Assembly (NCBI GenBank): GCA_050251875.1
Contig: JBFWMA010000005.1
Span: forward strand, 161,233-225,232
Reading direction: 5' to 3'
DNA length: 64,000 nt
Origin: Deferribacterales bacterium
Lineage (GTDB): Bacteria; Chrysiogenota; Deferribacteres; Deferribacterales; Geovibrionaceae
A program made the position numbers and the translations under genes. The notes under the pieces are model-generated. The model did no database searches and had not been told where the DNA came from. It saw only the letters and a program-made list of their open reading frames with translations. Below, in pieces: positions 10,874 through 20,818 of the stretch. Position 1 is the first letter of the stretch; each line of letters opens with the position of its first letter.

Positions 10874-12184
10874 ATGTTTAAAAAAATTGAAGAGATCTTC
10901 TCAATCGCAGAACTCAGAAAGAGAATCCTCTGGACACTCTTCTTTCTGTTTGTATACAGGATAGGAACACACGTTCCTACTCCGGGTATTGACGGCGAGG
11001 CGCTCAGCCAGTTTTTCGCGCAGCAGTCGGGCAACCTGCTCGGCTTCTTCGACATGTTTACAGGCGGCGCTCTGTCCAAACTGACCGTTTTCGGTCTGGG
11101 TGTTATGCCCTATATCTCCGCGTCCATCATCCTCGAGCTGATGACCGTGGCGGTTCCCCACCTTGCCGAGCTGAAAAAGCGCGGACAGGAGGGCAGGGAC
11201 AAAATAACACGCTACACAAGGTACGGTACTGTGCTCATCAGTATGATACAGGGTCTTGGTATTGCTATCGGTCTCGAAAGCATGACATCGCCCGCCGGCG
11301 TTCCGGTCGTTATGTTTCCCGGTATGGGATTCAGACTGGTTTCAGCCATCACACTGACAACGGGTACTATCTTCCTTATGTGGCTTGGCGAGAAGATCAC
11401 TGAAAAAGGTCTCGGTAACGGTATGTCCGTACTGATTTTCGCAGGTATCATCGCGGGATTTCCCGCAGCGGTCAGCCGCTCGATCACCCTGCTGAAATCA
11501 GGCGAACTCCAGCTCATCATGCTGGTTATAGTTCTGGGCATCATTTTTCTTGTTACTGCGGCCATCGTCTTCATGGAAACATCTAACAGACGAATACCTA
11601 TACAGTATGTAAGAAAAGGCGGAAGCGGCGGTAGCGGTGCAGTGACATCCTACCTGCCGCTGAGGCTTAACCCCGCCGGGGTTATCCCGATCATTTTCGC
11701 TATGTCTATCATAGCTTTCCCCAGCACTCTGGCTACATTCAGCCAGAACCCCCTTGTGCAGAAGATCAGTTTCTGGTTTTCACCCAGTTCCTTCGCGTAT
11801 TACATAATCACGCTGGGATTTATTATCTTCTTCACATATTTTTACACCTCGATAATTTTTAATCCGGATGACATAGCCGACAACATAAACAAGTCAGGCG
11901 GTGTTATCCCCGGAAAACGTCCCGGTGCGGAAACAGCTAAATTTATCGACTTTACTCTTTCCAGACTCACATTCGTGGGCGCTATATATCTGGGCGCTGT
12001 GGCTATCTTTCCCCAGCTGATGATTAAAGGATTCAATATGCCCTTCTATTTCGGCGGCACATCAATCCTCATCGTTATCGGTGTCGGTATGGATATGATA
12101 TCCAAAATCGAATCCAGCCTGGTGACAAACAACTATGACGGCTTCCTTAAGAAGGGAAGAATTAAAGGAAGAGGTGGTTTATAA
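10874..12184 (+). CDS. secY: Preprotein translocase subunit SecY
   Basis: GVMPYISASII, GLGNGMS, GVIPIIFA, FGGTSILI; multiple TM segments. Confidence 0.98.
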   Translation: MFKKIEEIFSIAELRKRILWTLFFLFVYRIGTHVPTPGIDGEALSQFFAQQSGNLLGFFDMFTGGALSKLTVFGLGVMPYISASIILELMTVAVPHLAELKKRGQEGRDKITRYTRYGTVLISMIQGLGIAIGLESMTSPAGVPVVMFPGMGFRLVSAITLTTGTIFLMWLGEKITEKGLGNGMSVLIFAGIIAGFPAAVSRSITLLKSGELQLIMLVIVLGIIFLVTAAIVFMETSNRRIPIQYVRKGGSGGSGAVTSYLPLRLNPAGVIPIIFAMSIIAFPSTLATFSQNPLVQKISFWFSPSSFAYYIITLGFIIFFTYFYTSIIFNPDDIADNINKSGGVIPGKRPGAETAKFIDFTLSRLTFVGAIYLGAVAIFPQLMIKGFNMPFYFGGTSILIVIGVGMDMISKIESSLVTNNYDGFLKKGRIKGRGGL

Positions 12185-12831
12185 TGATTAATCTTATCTT
12201 TCTGGGCCCTCCCGGGGCAGGAAAAGGAACACAGTCTCAGAAAATAATAGACGACTACAGTGTTGTGCAGATATCCACAGGCGATCTCTTAAGAGCGGCT
12301 GTGAAAGCAGGCACTCCCCTTGGTAAAGAAGCAAAGGTTTACATGGACGGCGGACAGCTCGTTCCTGACAGCCTTATTATAAATATGATGAAAGAGCGTT
12401 TTCAGTCAGCCGACTGCAAAAACGGTTTCATCCTTGACGGCTTCCCCAGAACAACAGCCCAGGCTGAGGCTCTGGACGCTATGCTCGTGAACGACCTTCA
12501 GACATCCATCACTCACATCATCAGCCTCGAGGTTGACGATGAAGTTGTTGTGACAAGAAACACAGGCAGAAGGGTGTGTCTGAAATGCGGCGCGACATAT
12601 CATATAAAATTCAATCCGCCCAAACACGGCGGCGTATGCGATAATGACGGCGAAACTCTGGTTCACAGAGATGACGATCAGGAAGACGTAATCCGCAAAA
12701 GACTGGCTGTTTATCATCAGACAACAGCTCTTCTTAAAGACTACTACGGAAAGACCGGAAAATTTCATGAACTCAACGGAGATGATAAACCCGAAAACGT
12801 ATACGCGAAGATCAAAGGTATACTGGGTTAA
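12184..12831 (+). CDS. adk: Adenylate kinase
   Basis: GPPGAGKGTQ, ILDGFPRT, LID with CxxC. Confidence 0.98.
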   Translation: MINLIFLGPPGAGKGTQSQKIIDDYSVVQISTGDLLRAAVKAGTPLGKEAKVYMDGGQLVPDSLIINMMKERFQSADCKNGFILDGFPRTTAQAEALDAMLVNDLQTSITHIISLEVDDEVVVTRNTGRRVCLKCGATYHIKFNPPKHGGVCDNDGETLVHRDDDQEDVIRKRLAVYHQTTALLKDYYGKTGKFHELNGDDKPENVYAKIKGILG

Positions 12832-13574
12832 TGGTAACAATAAAATCCCGTGCTGAGCTTGAGCTCATGGAAGTACCCTGTAAAATAGTCGCAGAGGTAC
12901 TCGAAAAACTGGAAGAATTTATAAAACCGGGAATGTCAACATTAGATATTGACAAATTCGCGGAGAATATAATAAACTCTCGGGATGCTCTGCCCTCGTT
13001 TAAGGGATATCGGGGCTACCCCTCCTCTGTCTGTGCATCCGTCAATGAAGTTGTGGTACACGGAATCCCCTCCCAGAGGGTGATACAAGAGGGTGATATT
13101 GTCAGCATAGATGTGGGAGCGTATAAAAACGGCTTTCACGGAGACGCCGCAAGGACTTATGCGGTGGGGACAGTATCGGAAAAAGCGGAAGATCTTATAA
13201 GAGTGACAAGAGAGTCATTCTTTAAAGGCATAGAAAAAGCCGTTGACGGCGGACGCCTCACAGACATCTCGCACGCTGTGCAGGTTTTTGTGGAGTCCCA
13301 CGGATACGGAGTTGTAAGAGATTTTTTTGGTCATGGCATTGGTCGAGAACTGCACGAAGAACCAACGATTCCCCACTATGGGAAACCGAATCGCGGGTTG
13401 CGGCTGCGTGCGGGGATGGTTTTAGCGGTGGAACCTATGGTGACCGCCGGTTATTACGGTGTTAAAACCCTCAAAGACGGTTGGACAGCAGTCACAGAAG
13501 ACGGCTCTCTAGCGGCACATTACGAAAACACTGTAGCCATCACAGCCAACGGACCGAAAATACTAACGTTGTAA
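12831..13574 (+). CDS. map: Type I methionine aminopeptidase
   Basis: [33 protein letters not shown]. Confidence 0.97.
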   Translation: MVTIKSRAELELMEVPCKIVAEVLEKLEEFIKPGMSTLDIDKFAENIINSRDALPSFKGYRGYPSSVCASVNEVVVHGIPSQRVIQEGDIVSIDVGAYKNGFHGDAARTYAVGTVSEKAEDLIRVTRESFFKGIEKAVDGGRLTDISHAVQVFVESHGYGVVRDFFGHGIGRELHEEPTIPHYGKPNRGLRLRAGMVLAVEPMVTAGYYGVKTLKDGWTAVTEDGSLAAHYENTVAITANGPKILTL

Positions 13575-13581
13575 AAGGCAT

Positions 13582-13806
13582 ATGGGAAAAAAAGAAGACG
13601 TTATCGAGGCCAGCGGGACGGTGCTTGAAGCATTACCGAACGCAATGTTCAAGGTAGAGCTTGAAAACAAGCACGTAATCCTGTCGCATCTCTCTGGAAA
13701 AATGAGGATGCATTTTATAAGAATTCTCCCCGGAGACAAGGTGACAGTGGAGCTTTCTCCATATGACCTTTCCAGAGGCAGAATTACTTACCGACATAAG
13801 AAATGA
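13582..13806 (+). CDS. infA: Translation initiation factor IF-1
   Basis: [37 protein letters not shown]. Confidence 0.98.
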   Translation: MGKKEDVIEASGTVLEALPNAMFKVELENKHVILSHLSGKMRMHFIRILPGDKVTVELSPYDLSRGRITYRHKK

Positions 13807-13817
13807 CGGGGTGAAAA

Positions 13818-13931
13818 ATGAAAGTTCGGGCTAGTGTAAAGCCTATATGCGCTAAGTGTAAAGTTATCAAACGCAAAGGGGTCATCCGCATAATATGCGA
13901 GAACCCCAGACATAAGCAGAGACAAGGTTAA
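13818..13931 (+). CDS. rpmJ: 50S ribosomal protein L36, zinc-binding form (not in the ORF track)
   Basis: Hand translation [37 protein letters not shown], 37 aa. Confidence 0.98.
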   Translation: MKVRASVKPICAKCKVIKRKGVIRIICENPRHKQRQG

Positions 13932-13942
13932 GGAGGCTTTTT

Positions 13943-14311
13943 GTGGCACGTATTGCTGGTGTAGACATACCAAACAACAAAAAAGTCGAGGTTGGCCTGA
14001 CTGCTATTTACGGCGTTGGCCGTGAAACTGCGAAAACAATACTTGGCGTCATCGGCTGCGACCTGTCCAAAAGGATAGGCGACCTTTCTGAGCAGGATAT
14101 ATCTGCTATCAGAAAATATATCGAGGACAATCTTCTCGTTGAGGGTGATCTTCGCAAGGAGATATCTCTCAATGTTAAGAGACTTATGGAAATCAGCTGT
14201 TACCGTGGACAGAGGCACAAGATGCACCTGCCCTGCAGAGGTCAGAAGACCAGAAGCAACGCAAGAACCCGCAAGGGTCTCGCCGGTAAACGCGGTATCA
14301 AGAAAAAGTAA
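13943..14311 (+). CDS. rpsM: 30S ribosomal protein S13
   Basis: ARIAGVDIP, CYRGQRH...LPCRGQKTRSNARTRK. Confidence 0.98.
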   Translation: MARIAGVDIPNNKKVEVGLTAIYGVGRETAKTILGVIGCDLSKRIGDLSEQDISAIRKYIEDNLLVEGDLRKEISLNVKRLMEISCYRGQRHKMHLPCRGQKTRSNARTRKGLAGKRGIKKK

Positions 14312-14323
14312 GGATTAGTGAAG

Positions 14324-14707
14324 ATGGCTAAAAGAGGCTCTAAGAAAAGAGAGAAGAAAAACGTACCTAGAGGCGTTGCTCATATCAGGTCAACTTTTAA
14401 CAACACTATCGTAACATTCACCGATGTGCAGGGCAACACTGTTTGCTGGGCAGCGGGCGGCGGCGTGGGTTTTAAAAACTCCCGTAAGTCTACCCCCTTC
14501 GCAGCGCAGATCGCCGCTGAACAGGCAGCTAAAAAAGCCGCCGACAACGGTATGCGTGAAGTGGAAGTTAACGTTAAAGGTCCGGGTGCCGGCCGTGAAA
14601 GCGCGATCCGTGCTATTGCCGCCGCCGGAATGAAAATAACCGTTATCAGGGACGTGACACCTGTTCCCCACAACGGTTGCAGACCCAGAAAGAAGAGAAG
14701 AGTATAA
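14324..14707 (+). CDS. rpsK: 30S ribosomal protein S11
   Basis: [30 protein letters not shown]. Confidence 0.98.
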   Translation: MAKRGSKKREKKNVPRGVAHIRSTFNNTIVTFTDVQGNTVCWAAGGGVGFKNSRKSTPFAAQIAAEQAAKKAADNGMREVEVNVKGPGAGRESAIRAIAAAGMKITVIRDVTPVPHNGCRPRKKRRV

Positions 14708-14719
14708 CGGAGGCTTAAG

Positions 14720-15346
14720 TTGGCTAGGTATACAGGAGCAGTATGCAAACTCTGCCGTAGAGAGGGCATGAAGCTCTTCCTCAAAGGAGAGCGTTGCTAC
14801 AAAGATAAATGCGGTTTTGAGAAAAAACCCTTCCCTCCCGGTCAGCACGGGCAGGCACGCAAGAAAGTGAGTGACTTCGGTACTCAGCTTCGTGAGAAAC
14901 AAAAAGTTAAAAGACTTTATGGTGTTCTGGAGAAACAGTTCAGAATCTATTTTGACAAGGCTACAAGAATGCAGGGCATTACAGGTGAAAACCTGCTTCA
15001 GCTTCTTGAAAGACGTCTTGACAACATAGTTTACAGATCCGGTTTCGCCGGCAGCCGTAAAGAAGCAAGACAAATGGTCGGACACGGACACTTCCTCGTG
15101 AACGGAAAACCCGTGAATATCCCCAGTTACCTCGTAAAAGCCGGTGATGTTGTGGCTGTCTGCGAAAAAAGCAGAGAGAACTCCAGAATTAAAGAATGTC
15201 TGGAAACAGCAGAAGGCAGAGGCGTTTCAGAGTGGATAGCTCTGGATAAGCCCAACTATAAGGCATCTGTAAACAGAATGCCTGCGAGGGATGACGTAGG
15301 TTACGAAATCCAGGAACACCTGATAGTGGAACTTTACTCCAAGTAA
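14720..15346 (+). CDS. rpsD: 30S ribosomal protein S4
   Basis: [30 protein letters not shown] start. Confidence 0.98.
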   Translation: MARYTGAVCKLCRREGMKLFLKGERCYKDKCGFEKKPFPPGQHGQARKKVSDFGTQLREKQKVKRLYGVLEKQFRIYFDKATRMQGITGENLLQLLERRLDNIVYRSGFAGSRKEARQMVGHGHFLVNGKPVNIPSYLVKAGDVVAVCEKSRENSRIKECLETAEGRGVSEWIALDKPNYKASVNRMPARDDVGYEIQEHLIVELYSK

Positions 15347-15369
15347 CGTTTTACACGGAGGTTAAAATA

Positions 15370-16374
15370 ATGATCATCATGAATTTTCATGAAATCATAA
15401 AGCCCAGAAAAATTGAAGCCGTGGGCGAGGTCACTGACAGAAAAGGCGTTTATGTCGCTGAGCCTTATGAGAAGGGTTTCGGCATAACAGTAGGTAACGC
15501 TCTGCGCCGTGTTATGCTCTCTACTATAGAGGGTACAGCGGTCACAGCCGTCAAAATAGACGGCGTAAGCAACGAGTTCGCCTCACTGGAAGGTGTTTAT
15601 GAAGATGTCGTGGACATCCTGCTGAACATCAAGATGCTGGAGCTTCAACTCCATACACACGAAACAAGACGTGTGTATATAAAGAAAAAAGGCGAGGGAC
15701 CTGTAACTGCCGGAGACATCACCGGTGATACTATGGTCGAGATACTCGATCCTGCTCAGCACATCTGCACACTGACCGATCCTAACAAAGAGCTCTACAT
15801 GGAGTTCGTTGTAAAAAGAGGAATCGGATATGTGCCCGCTGAAGAGATCGAAAAAGATATGGACGAAGTGGATATGCTCGCAGTTGACGCTGTGTTCACA
15901 CCCGTCAAAAAAGTAAACTACTTCGTTGAAAACGCCCGTGTAGGTCAGAGTACAGACTATGACAGGCTTACTCTGGATATCGAGACCGACGGTTCTATCA
16001 ATCCTGAGGACGCGATAGGTTTCGCAGCCAAAATCATCAAAGATCAGATGAATCTTTTCATCAACTTTGATGAACCCGTGGTAGACGAGACAGTAGCGAC
16101 AGAAGAGAGCCAGAATGACCACCTGCTCGACCTGCTTGATAAAAGCATCGAAGAGCTGGAGCTGTCAGTCCGCGCTTATAACTGTCTGAAAAATGCCAAC
16201 ATAAAGACACTTGCCGAACTCTGCATGAAAACTGACGCAGAGATGCTGAAGACTAAGAACTTCGGTCGCAAGTCTCTCGAAGAGATCAAAAAAGTTCTCT
16301 GCGAGCTTGGTCTTTCTCTGGGCATGGATCTCGAAGCCATTGGATATAACAGTATAGATTCGGAGGAAGAATAG
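15370..16374 (+). CDS. rpoA: RNA polymerase alpha subunit
   Basis: GFGITVGNALRRVMLS, LELSVRAYNCLK, NFGRKSL. Confidence 0.98.
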   Translation: MIIMNFHEIIKPRKIEAVGEVTDRKGVYVAEPYEKGFGITVGNALRRVMLSTIEGTAVTAVKIDGVSNEFASLEGVYEDVVDILLNIKMLELQLHTHETRRVYIKKKGEGPVTAGDITGDTMVEILDPAQHICTLTDPNKELYMEFVVKRGIGYVPAEEIEKDMDEVDMLAVDAVFTPVKKVNYFVENARVGQSTDYDRLTLDIETDGSINPEDAIGFAAKIIKDQMNLFINFDEPVVDETVATEESQNDHLLDLLDKSIEELELSVRAYNCLKNANIKTLAELCMKTDAEMLKTKNFGRKSLEEIKKVLCELGLSLGMDLEAIGYNSIDSEEE

Positions 16375-16728
16375 ATGCGTCACGGTATGAGCGGAAACAG
16401 ACTCGGCAGAAAACCTGCCCACAGAAAAGCGATGGTTCGCAACCTTGCGACATCTCTTGTGGACAACGGCCGTATCGAAACTACCGTTGCCAGAGCGAAG
16501 CAGCTCCGCATGTTCATAGAGCCCCTGGTTACCCTCGGCAAGAGAGGCGACCTTGCGGCAAGAAGAACCGCGATGAGCAAACTGCCTAACAAAGATGTTG
16601 TTCATAAAATATTCGATGAGATAGCTCCTAAATTTTCCGAGCGTCCCGGCGGATATACAAGAATAATCAAAACAGGCTTTCGTCAGGGCGACAACGCTGC
16701 AATGGCGATAATCGAGTTTGTTGACTAA
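16375..16728 (+). CDS. rplQ: 50S ribosomal protein L17
   Basis: MRHG...LGR...HRKAM, RPGGYTRIIK. Confidence 0.98.
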   Translation: MRHGMSGNRLGRKPAHRKAMVRNLATSLVDNGRIETTVARAKQLRMFIEPLVTLGKRGDLAARRTAMSKLPNKDVVHKIFDEIAPKFSERPGGYTRIIKTGFRQGDNAAMAIIEFVD

Positions 16729-16739
16729 ACAAAATAAAT

Positions 16740-16763
16740 AAGGGGGCTTTAAGCCCCCTTTTT
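16740..16763. terminator. Intrinsic terminator after rplQ, probably bidirectional
   Basis: AAGGGGGCTT-T-AAGCCCCCTT followed by TTT, between convergent genes. Confidence 0.85.
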
Positions 16764-16785
16764 AATTTCAATATTCAATCCAAAT

Positions 16786-17166
16786 TTACTTCTTTTTCCA
16801 GATCTCTTTTCCGGCGGCGGATGTGTCCGGCAGGTTATATGTCCATATGGCGTTCAGGTTGTTTCCTTCCTTGAACAGCATGGTGACTCCGGTCTGTGTT
16901 TTATCCGCTGAAGAGAAGACGAAAGCGAAAGTTTTGCAGTCCTTTGTTATTCCTTTGCCGAAGAAAATCATAGCGTCAGCGCTTCCTTCGAAGCGGTAAG
17001 TGCCGGCGTATTCAGTTATTTTGATTCCGCCTGTATAGGTGGGCGCTTTTGAGAAGTTATCGCCGGGTTCCCACCCGGAAAGGTCGTATAAACCAACGAT
17101 TCCGCACGGATCAGCGGCAAAAACAAAGACAGGAAATAAAAAAAGCATCGTTATAATGAATTTCAT
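16786..17166 (-). CDS. Hypothetical exported protein
   Basis: 126 aa with signal-peptide-like N-terminus (MKFIITMLFLFPVFVFA); GGAG SD upstream. Confidence 0.7.
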   Translation of the reverse strand: MKFIITMLFLFPVFVFAADPCGIVGLYDLSGWEPGDNFSKAPTYTGGIKITEYAGTYRFEGSADAMIFFGKGITKDCKTFAFVFSSADKTQTGVTMLFKEGNNLNAIWTYNLPDTSAAGKEIWKKK

Positions 17167-17228
17167 GGCTGCTCCAGTTTGGATATAGAGATTTTAATAC
17201 AAAAAAAAACTTATTAAAAGCGATTTGA

Positions 17229-18809
17229 TTAAATTTTCTTCACTGAGATATTGTACTTTTGTATACGGTAATTGATCTGACGCACAGTCATGTTGAGCAT
17301 GCGCGCCGCCTTTGCCTGAACCCAGCCTGCTTTCTGGAGGGCGTCCAGAAGGCGTTCCTTGTCGGACATCAGCTCGGCGGGAGCCTGAGGAGCGGGAGCG
17401 GTTATTTTATAATCAGATTCATCCTGCTGACCGCAGAGAGATTTGGACAGGCACATCTCTCCGGCGGCGCAGGCGAAGTGCTCTGCCTTTATCGTTCCGC
17501 TTCCGGCGCTCAGCGCCGCTCTTTCCATGCAGTTCTCCAGCTCTCTGATGTTGCCGGGAAACTGGCAGTGCATAATGGAGCTGACAGCCTGCGGGTCGAG
17601 GACGAATTTTTTATCATATGCTTTACTGAGTTTTTTTAAGATGTGCTCACAGAGCTCGGGGATGTCTTCTTTTCTTTTGCGTAAGGGGGGGAGATCGATA
17701 GTAAAAACATTTAATCTGTAATAGAGGTCCAGCCTGAACCTGCCCAGCCGGACAGCTTCCTCAAGGTTTTTGTTGGTGGCGGCGAGGATGCGTACGTCTA
17801 CCTTAACTGGTTTGTCGCTGCCCAGTTTGTCCACCATCTTGTCCTGAAGCACACGGAGTAGTTTGCTCTGAGCGTCCAGCGGCATATCGCCGACCTCGTC
17901 CAGAAAGATTGTGCCTCCTTCAGAAAGCTCAAACTTGCCTTTGCGTTCAGATGAATCACCGCTGAAGGCGCCTCTGCTGTAGCCGAAAAGCTCGCTCTCT
18001 ATGAATTCTGAAGGGATCGCGGCGCAGTTGACAGCCACAAAAGGCTTGTCTGAACGGCTGCTGTTATAGTGTATGGTTTTTGCCACTACCTCTTTTCCGG
18101 TGCCGCTCTCGCCTCTGATGAGGACGGAGGAGGAGGATTGGGTTACCATATTTATCTTTTCATAAACGGTCTGCATCAGCTTGCCTTTGCCAACCAGCTC
18201 TTTAAAGCTGAATTTCTCTTTAAGCTCGTTGAGCATGGAGAGTTTCTCCGCCTCGAACTGATTGCGTTCTTCCGCAACGGCACTGATGGCGCTTTCGAAA
18301 TAATCGATGCGGTTAAGGAAGGACGCTATCATGTTGGCTATCATTTTGAGCACTTCCACGTCTGTGGTGATGCTGATCATTTTTGAGACAACCTTATCCA
18401 CGGCGAGAACACCGTATGTCTTGCCCTGATAGTTCACGGGAACAGCGATGAAAGAAACACGCTCGCCAGTCTCCGGTCTCTTCAGCTTGTTTAAGAAGAG
18501 GGGCTCTTTATGGATATCGGGGATAAGGATGGGGACGCCCAGACGAAATACCTTGCCCACAACGCCTTCATCGCAGGCGTAGCTGATTACGGAATAATCA
18601 GGCTCGGCGATGCCTATTGTAGCCTCTATTACAAGCCTCTGTGAGTGTGAATCCTGAAGCAGGATGAAAGCCCGCTCCATGGACAGCGTGTCCTGCATCA
18701 GCTTAAGAGCTCCGGACAGAGCATGCCGTCTGTTGGCGGAGCTGTTCAGCACAACGCTGATCTCATAAATTGTGTTCAGTGCTGTTTTGTAATAATTGAT
18801 ATTAACCAT
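17229..18809 (-). CDS. nifA: Nif-specific sigma54 activator NifA (GAF-AAA+-HTH)
   Basis: GAF domain (YEISVVL..., EPLFLNK); Walker A GESGTGKE; FLDEVGD; NifA-type HTH GWVQAKAARMLNMTVRQINYRIQK; nif context. Start placed at ATG 18809. Confidence 0.9.
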   Translation of the reverse strand: MVNINYYKTALNTIYEISVVLNSSANRRHALSGALKLMQDTLSMERAFILLQDSHSQRLVIEATIGIAEPDYSVISYACDEGVVGKVFRLGVPILIPDIHKEPLFLNKLKRPETGERVSFIAVPVNYQGKTYGVLAVDKVVSKMISITTDVEVLKMIANMIASFLNRIDYFESAISAVAEERNQFEAEKLSMLNELKEKFSFKELVGKGKLMQTVYEKINMVTQSSSSVLIRGESGTGKEVVAKTIHYNSSRSDKPFVAVNCAAIPSEFIESELFGYSRGAFSGDSSERKGKFELSEGGTIFLDEVGDMPLDAQSKLLRVLQDKMVDKLGSDKPVKVDVRILAATNKNLEEAVRLGRFRLDLYYRLNVFTIDLPPLRKRKEDIPELCEHILKKLSKAYDKKFVLDPQAVSSIMHCQFPGNIRELENCMERAALSAGSGTIKAEHFACAAGEMCLSKSLCGQQDESDYKITAPAPQAPAELMSDKERLLDALQKAGWVQAKAARMLNMTVRQINYRIQKYNISVKKI

Positions 18810-18820
18810 ACAATTATGGG

Positions 18821-18836
18821 AGCAATATGTATGCCA
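18821..18836 (-). promoter_or_regulatory. sigma54 -24/-12 promoter in front of nifA
   Basis: Minus strand reads TGGCATACATATTGCT (GG-N10-GC). Confidence 0.7.
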
Positions 18837-18988
18837 CGAAAAACGGCTCTGGAGGCTTATATTTTGTTCAATATGGGTTAAAAGTGCGTAAAAAATAGAC
18901 AGTGACAGCACAAAAAATATTCATAAAACAAAACACAAGTGGAGCAAAAGTGACAATATGACAGTATTACAACACTGATTATATAATT

Positions 18989-19004
18989 AGGCATGAAGAT
19001 TGCT
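18989..19004 (+). promoter_or_regulatory. sigma54 -24/-12 promoter of fdxB-nifZ
   Basis: AGGCATGAAGATTGCT (GG-N10-GC), about 40 nt before the ferredoxin ATG. Confidence 0.75.
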
Positions 19005-19045
19005 TAATAATAACGCAACGAACAACAAAACGAAAGGAGAGTATA

Positions 19046-19309
19046 ATGGCTGTTATCACCGGAACCAGAAGAAACGGAACCACATGGGTTCCTAAATTCG
19101 TAACGAATCTTGATAAGGACACATGCATAGCCTGCGGACGCTGTTTCAAGGCCTGCGCTCACGGTTGCCTTGCTCTGGAAGAGTATGAGGACGACGATGT
19201 CGAAAAAATGTACATGACAATCGTGAATGAAGGCACTTGCATAGGCTGTGAAGCCTGCTCTAAGGCCTGCCCTAAAAACTGTTTCTCACACGCTGAAGCA
19301 GAGGCCTAA
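19046..19309 (+). CDS. fdxB: Nif-associated 2[4Fe-4S] ferredoxin (ferredoxin III type)
   Basis: TRRNGTTWVPKFV leader; CIACGRCFKAC and CIGCEACSKACP. Confidence 0.85.
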   Translation: MAVITGTRRNGTTWVPKFVTNLDKDTCIACGRCFKACAHGCLALEEYEDDDVEKMYMTIVNEGTCIGCEACSKACPKNCFSHAEAEA

Positions 19310-19363
19310 TGTAACGACATGATCCGGGGCACTCTTGTGCCCCGTGATTTTTTGGAGGCTTGT

Positions 19364-19687
19364 ATGGAATTAAAAGTAAACCAGAAAGTTCTGGTAAAAA
19401 AGATGATAAGAAATGACGGATCATGTCAGGGATGCAGCAGAGGCACCCCCGTGGCATATGACGGAATGTCAGGCTTCATCTGCGATATATCCGAGTTTCA
19501 CTTCGAACCTGTTTATGTTGTTCATTTTATGGACATCAACAAAAAGATAGGTTTCAGAGAGCCCGAGCTGGAGGTTCTGGAAGATTTTGACGAAGAGACA
19601 GGTAAATGGACTGTCATAAAAGAGACGCCTGAGTTTGTTCCGCCAAAAGACGGCGGCTGTTCATGCAGCAGCGGTCACTGCGGATAA
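19364..19687 (+). CDS. nifZ: Nitrogen fixation protein NifZ
   Basis: IRNDGS...G.ICDI..F...VYVVHF....KIGFREPEL resembles the NifZ signature; GGAGG SD before ATG 19364. Confidence 0.8.
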   Translation: MELKVNQKVLVKKMIRNDGSCQGCSRGTPVAYDGMSGFICDISEFHFEPVYVVHFMDINKKIGFREPELEVLEDFDEETGKWTVIKETPEFVPPKDGGCSCSSGHCG

Positions 19688-19704
19688 CAGCTTAAACATA
19701 CAGC

Positions 19705-19762
19705 GGGGCCAGCGGAGATCCTTTAACGTGTTTAAGGGCTCTCCTCTGGTCTCTCTTTTTTT
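19705..19762 (+). terminator. Long imperfect hairpin with U-tract after nifZ
   Basis: GGGGCCAGCGGAG...CTCCTCTGGTCTCT followed by a T run. Confidence 0.6.
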
Positions 19763-19810
19763 AAGAGATATTAACGAGATAGCGATGCTTCGCTCGCTAT
19801 GACAGAGATT

Positions 19811-19938
19811 AACTCCAGGATGGAGTTCGTGGAGCGAATAAAAACGGCTTGCCGGATTTATGAGTGTAACGTGAGCGGAATGAGGCTTTTGCCGAATGAA
19901 GCGTGATTAAAAATCTCCATGGACGGAAGATTTTTAAT
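19811..19938 (+). repeat. GGA-loop structured repeat, copy B
   Basis: AACTCC-AGGAT-GGAGTT, CGTGGAG...TGAGTGTAA, ATTAAAAATCT-CCATGGACGGA-AGATTTTTAAT; same architecture as 32522-32651 and 40488-40615. Confidence 0.65.
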
Positions 19939-19958
19939 AAAACAAATTGTCGGATTTT

Positions 19959-20783
19959 TTAATAATAATTAACATTGGTATCGTATCGTCCGCCGAGGAC
20001 GAGATATTCCTTCTCTCCGCAGAAGCTGAGATTGGGAAGCACCTCAGAAAAGAAGACAATCTTTGTATAGGGTATTTCGGATGTGAGGATATAGTCGCCG
20101 AACTGGGACGCTATCTCTTGATCAGATGTAAAAGATACCAGTGAATTTTGTTCTATGCAGATCCGTGTTTTGTCATACTCTTTTACTACCAGATGCTCGG
20201 AAAGATCGTTCACGCCTCTGTAGAGGGTTATCTTCGGAAGATGCTTTCTATAGAAGGTTTCCAGAATACACTGCGTGTAGGTATAGAGGAGATCGAGCTG
20301 ATGAAAAATAAGGTTTTTGTTATGCCTGCTGTCCATCTTTTCGACCATGAAGCCGTAATATGCCTCGCAGTCAACGTCTGTGATGATCTCTTTATGAAAG
20401 AAAGGAGTAATGCCGAACCGGCTCTCCACCCATCCCTTCATCACGGCGCCCTCAACAGAGTTGGAATCGAAGAGCCATCCTTTCAGAAGTCTGGTATAGC
20501 TGCCCATCTTTTTCCCGTTGTGTTTTTCATTAAGGGAAAAGAGGGTTTCCATGGCGTTGGTAAAGGTGACGGCGGCGTCTTTAACTGTGCTCGCCTGTTT
20601 GATCGTATTAAAAATATCCGCGTAATATTCCCACACGCCGCTGATTGTTATCGGCAGTACGTTCAGGTTGTATTCCGCGCTTACAAACATATATGTGGGA
20701 ATATTGATAAGGTTGGTGAAATGATAAAACCTTTTAATATCCTTCAGCGTGCTGATGCTTGTATTTTGTTTTTGTACACCCAT
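19959..20783 (-). CDS. draT: NAD+-dinitrogenase reductase ADP-ribosyltransferase
   Basis: HFTNLINIP, LLKGWLFDSNSVEGAVMKGWVESRFG, LYRGVND, SFTSD, EKEYLVLGG. Start uncertain (20783 or 20801). Confidence 0.9.
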   Translation of the reverse strand: MGVQKQNTSISTLKDIKRFYHFTNLINIPTYMFVSAEYNLNVLPITISGVWEYYADIFNTIKQASTVKDAAVTFTNAMETLFSLNEKHNGKKMGSYTRLLKGWLFDSNSVEGAVMKGWVESRFGITPFFHKEIITDVDCEAYYGFMVEKMDSRHNKNLIFHQLDLLYTYTQCILETFYRKHLPKITLYRGVNDLSEHLVVKEYDKTRICIEQNSLVSFTSDQEIASQFGDYILTSEIPYTKIVFFSEVLPNLSFCGEKEYLVLGGRYDTNVNYY

Positions 20784-20818
20784 GAATAAGAAATAGAGCA
20801 TAACGTGAGAGTTTGCAA

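Noticed and set aside
18810..18911. N-terminal extension of nifA in the ORF track (likewise nifH 22440-22553 and nifV 36689-36730)
   Set aside because: The extensions run through sigma54 promoter or UAS sequence. The downstream ATGs match family N-termini and, for nifH and nifV, have SD sites.
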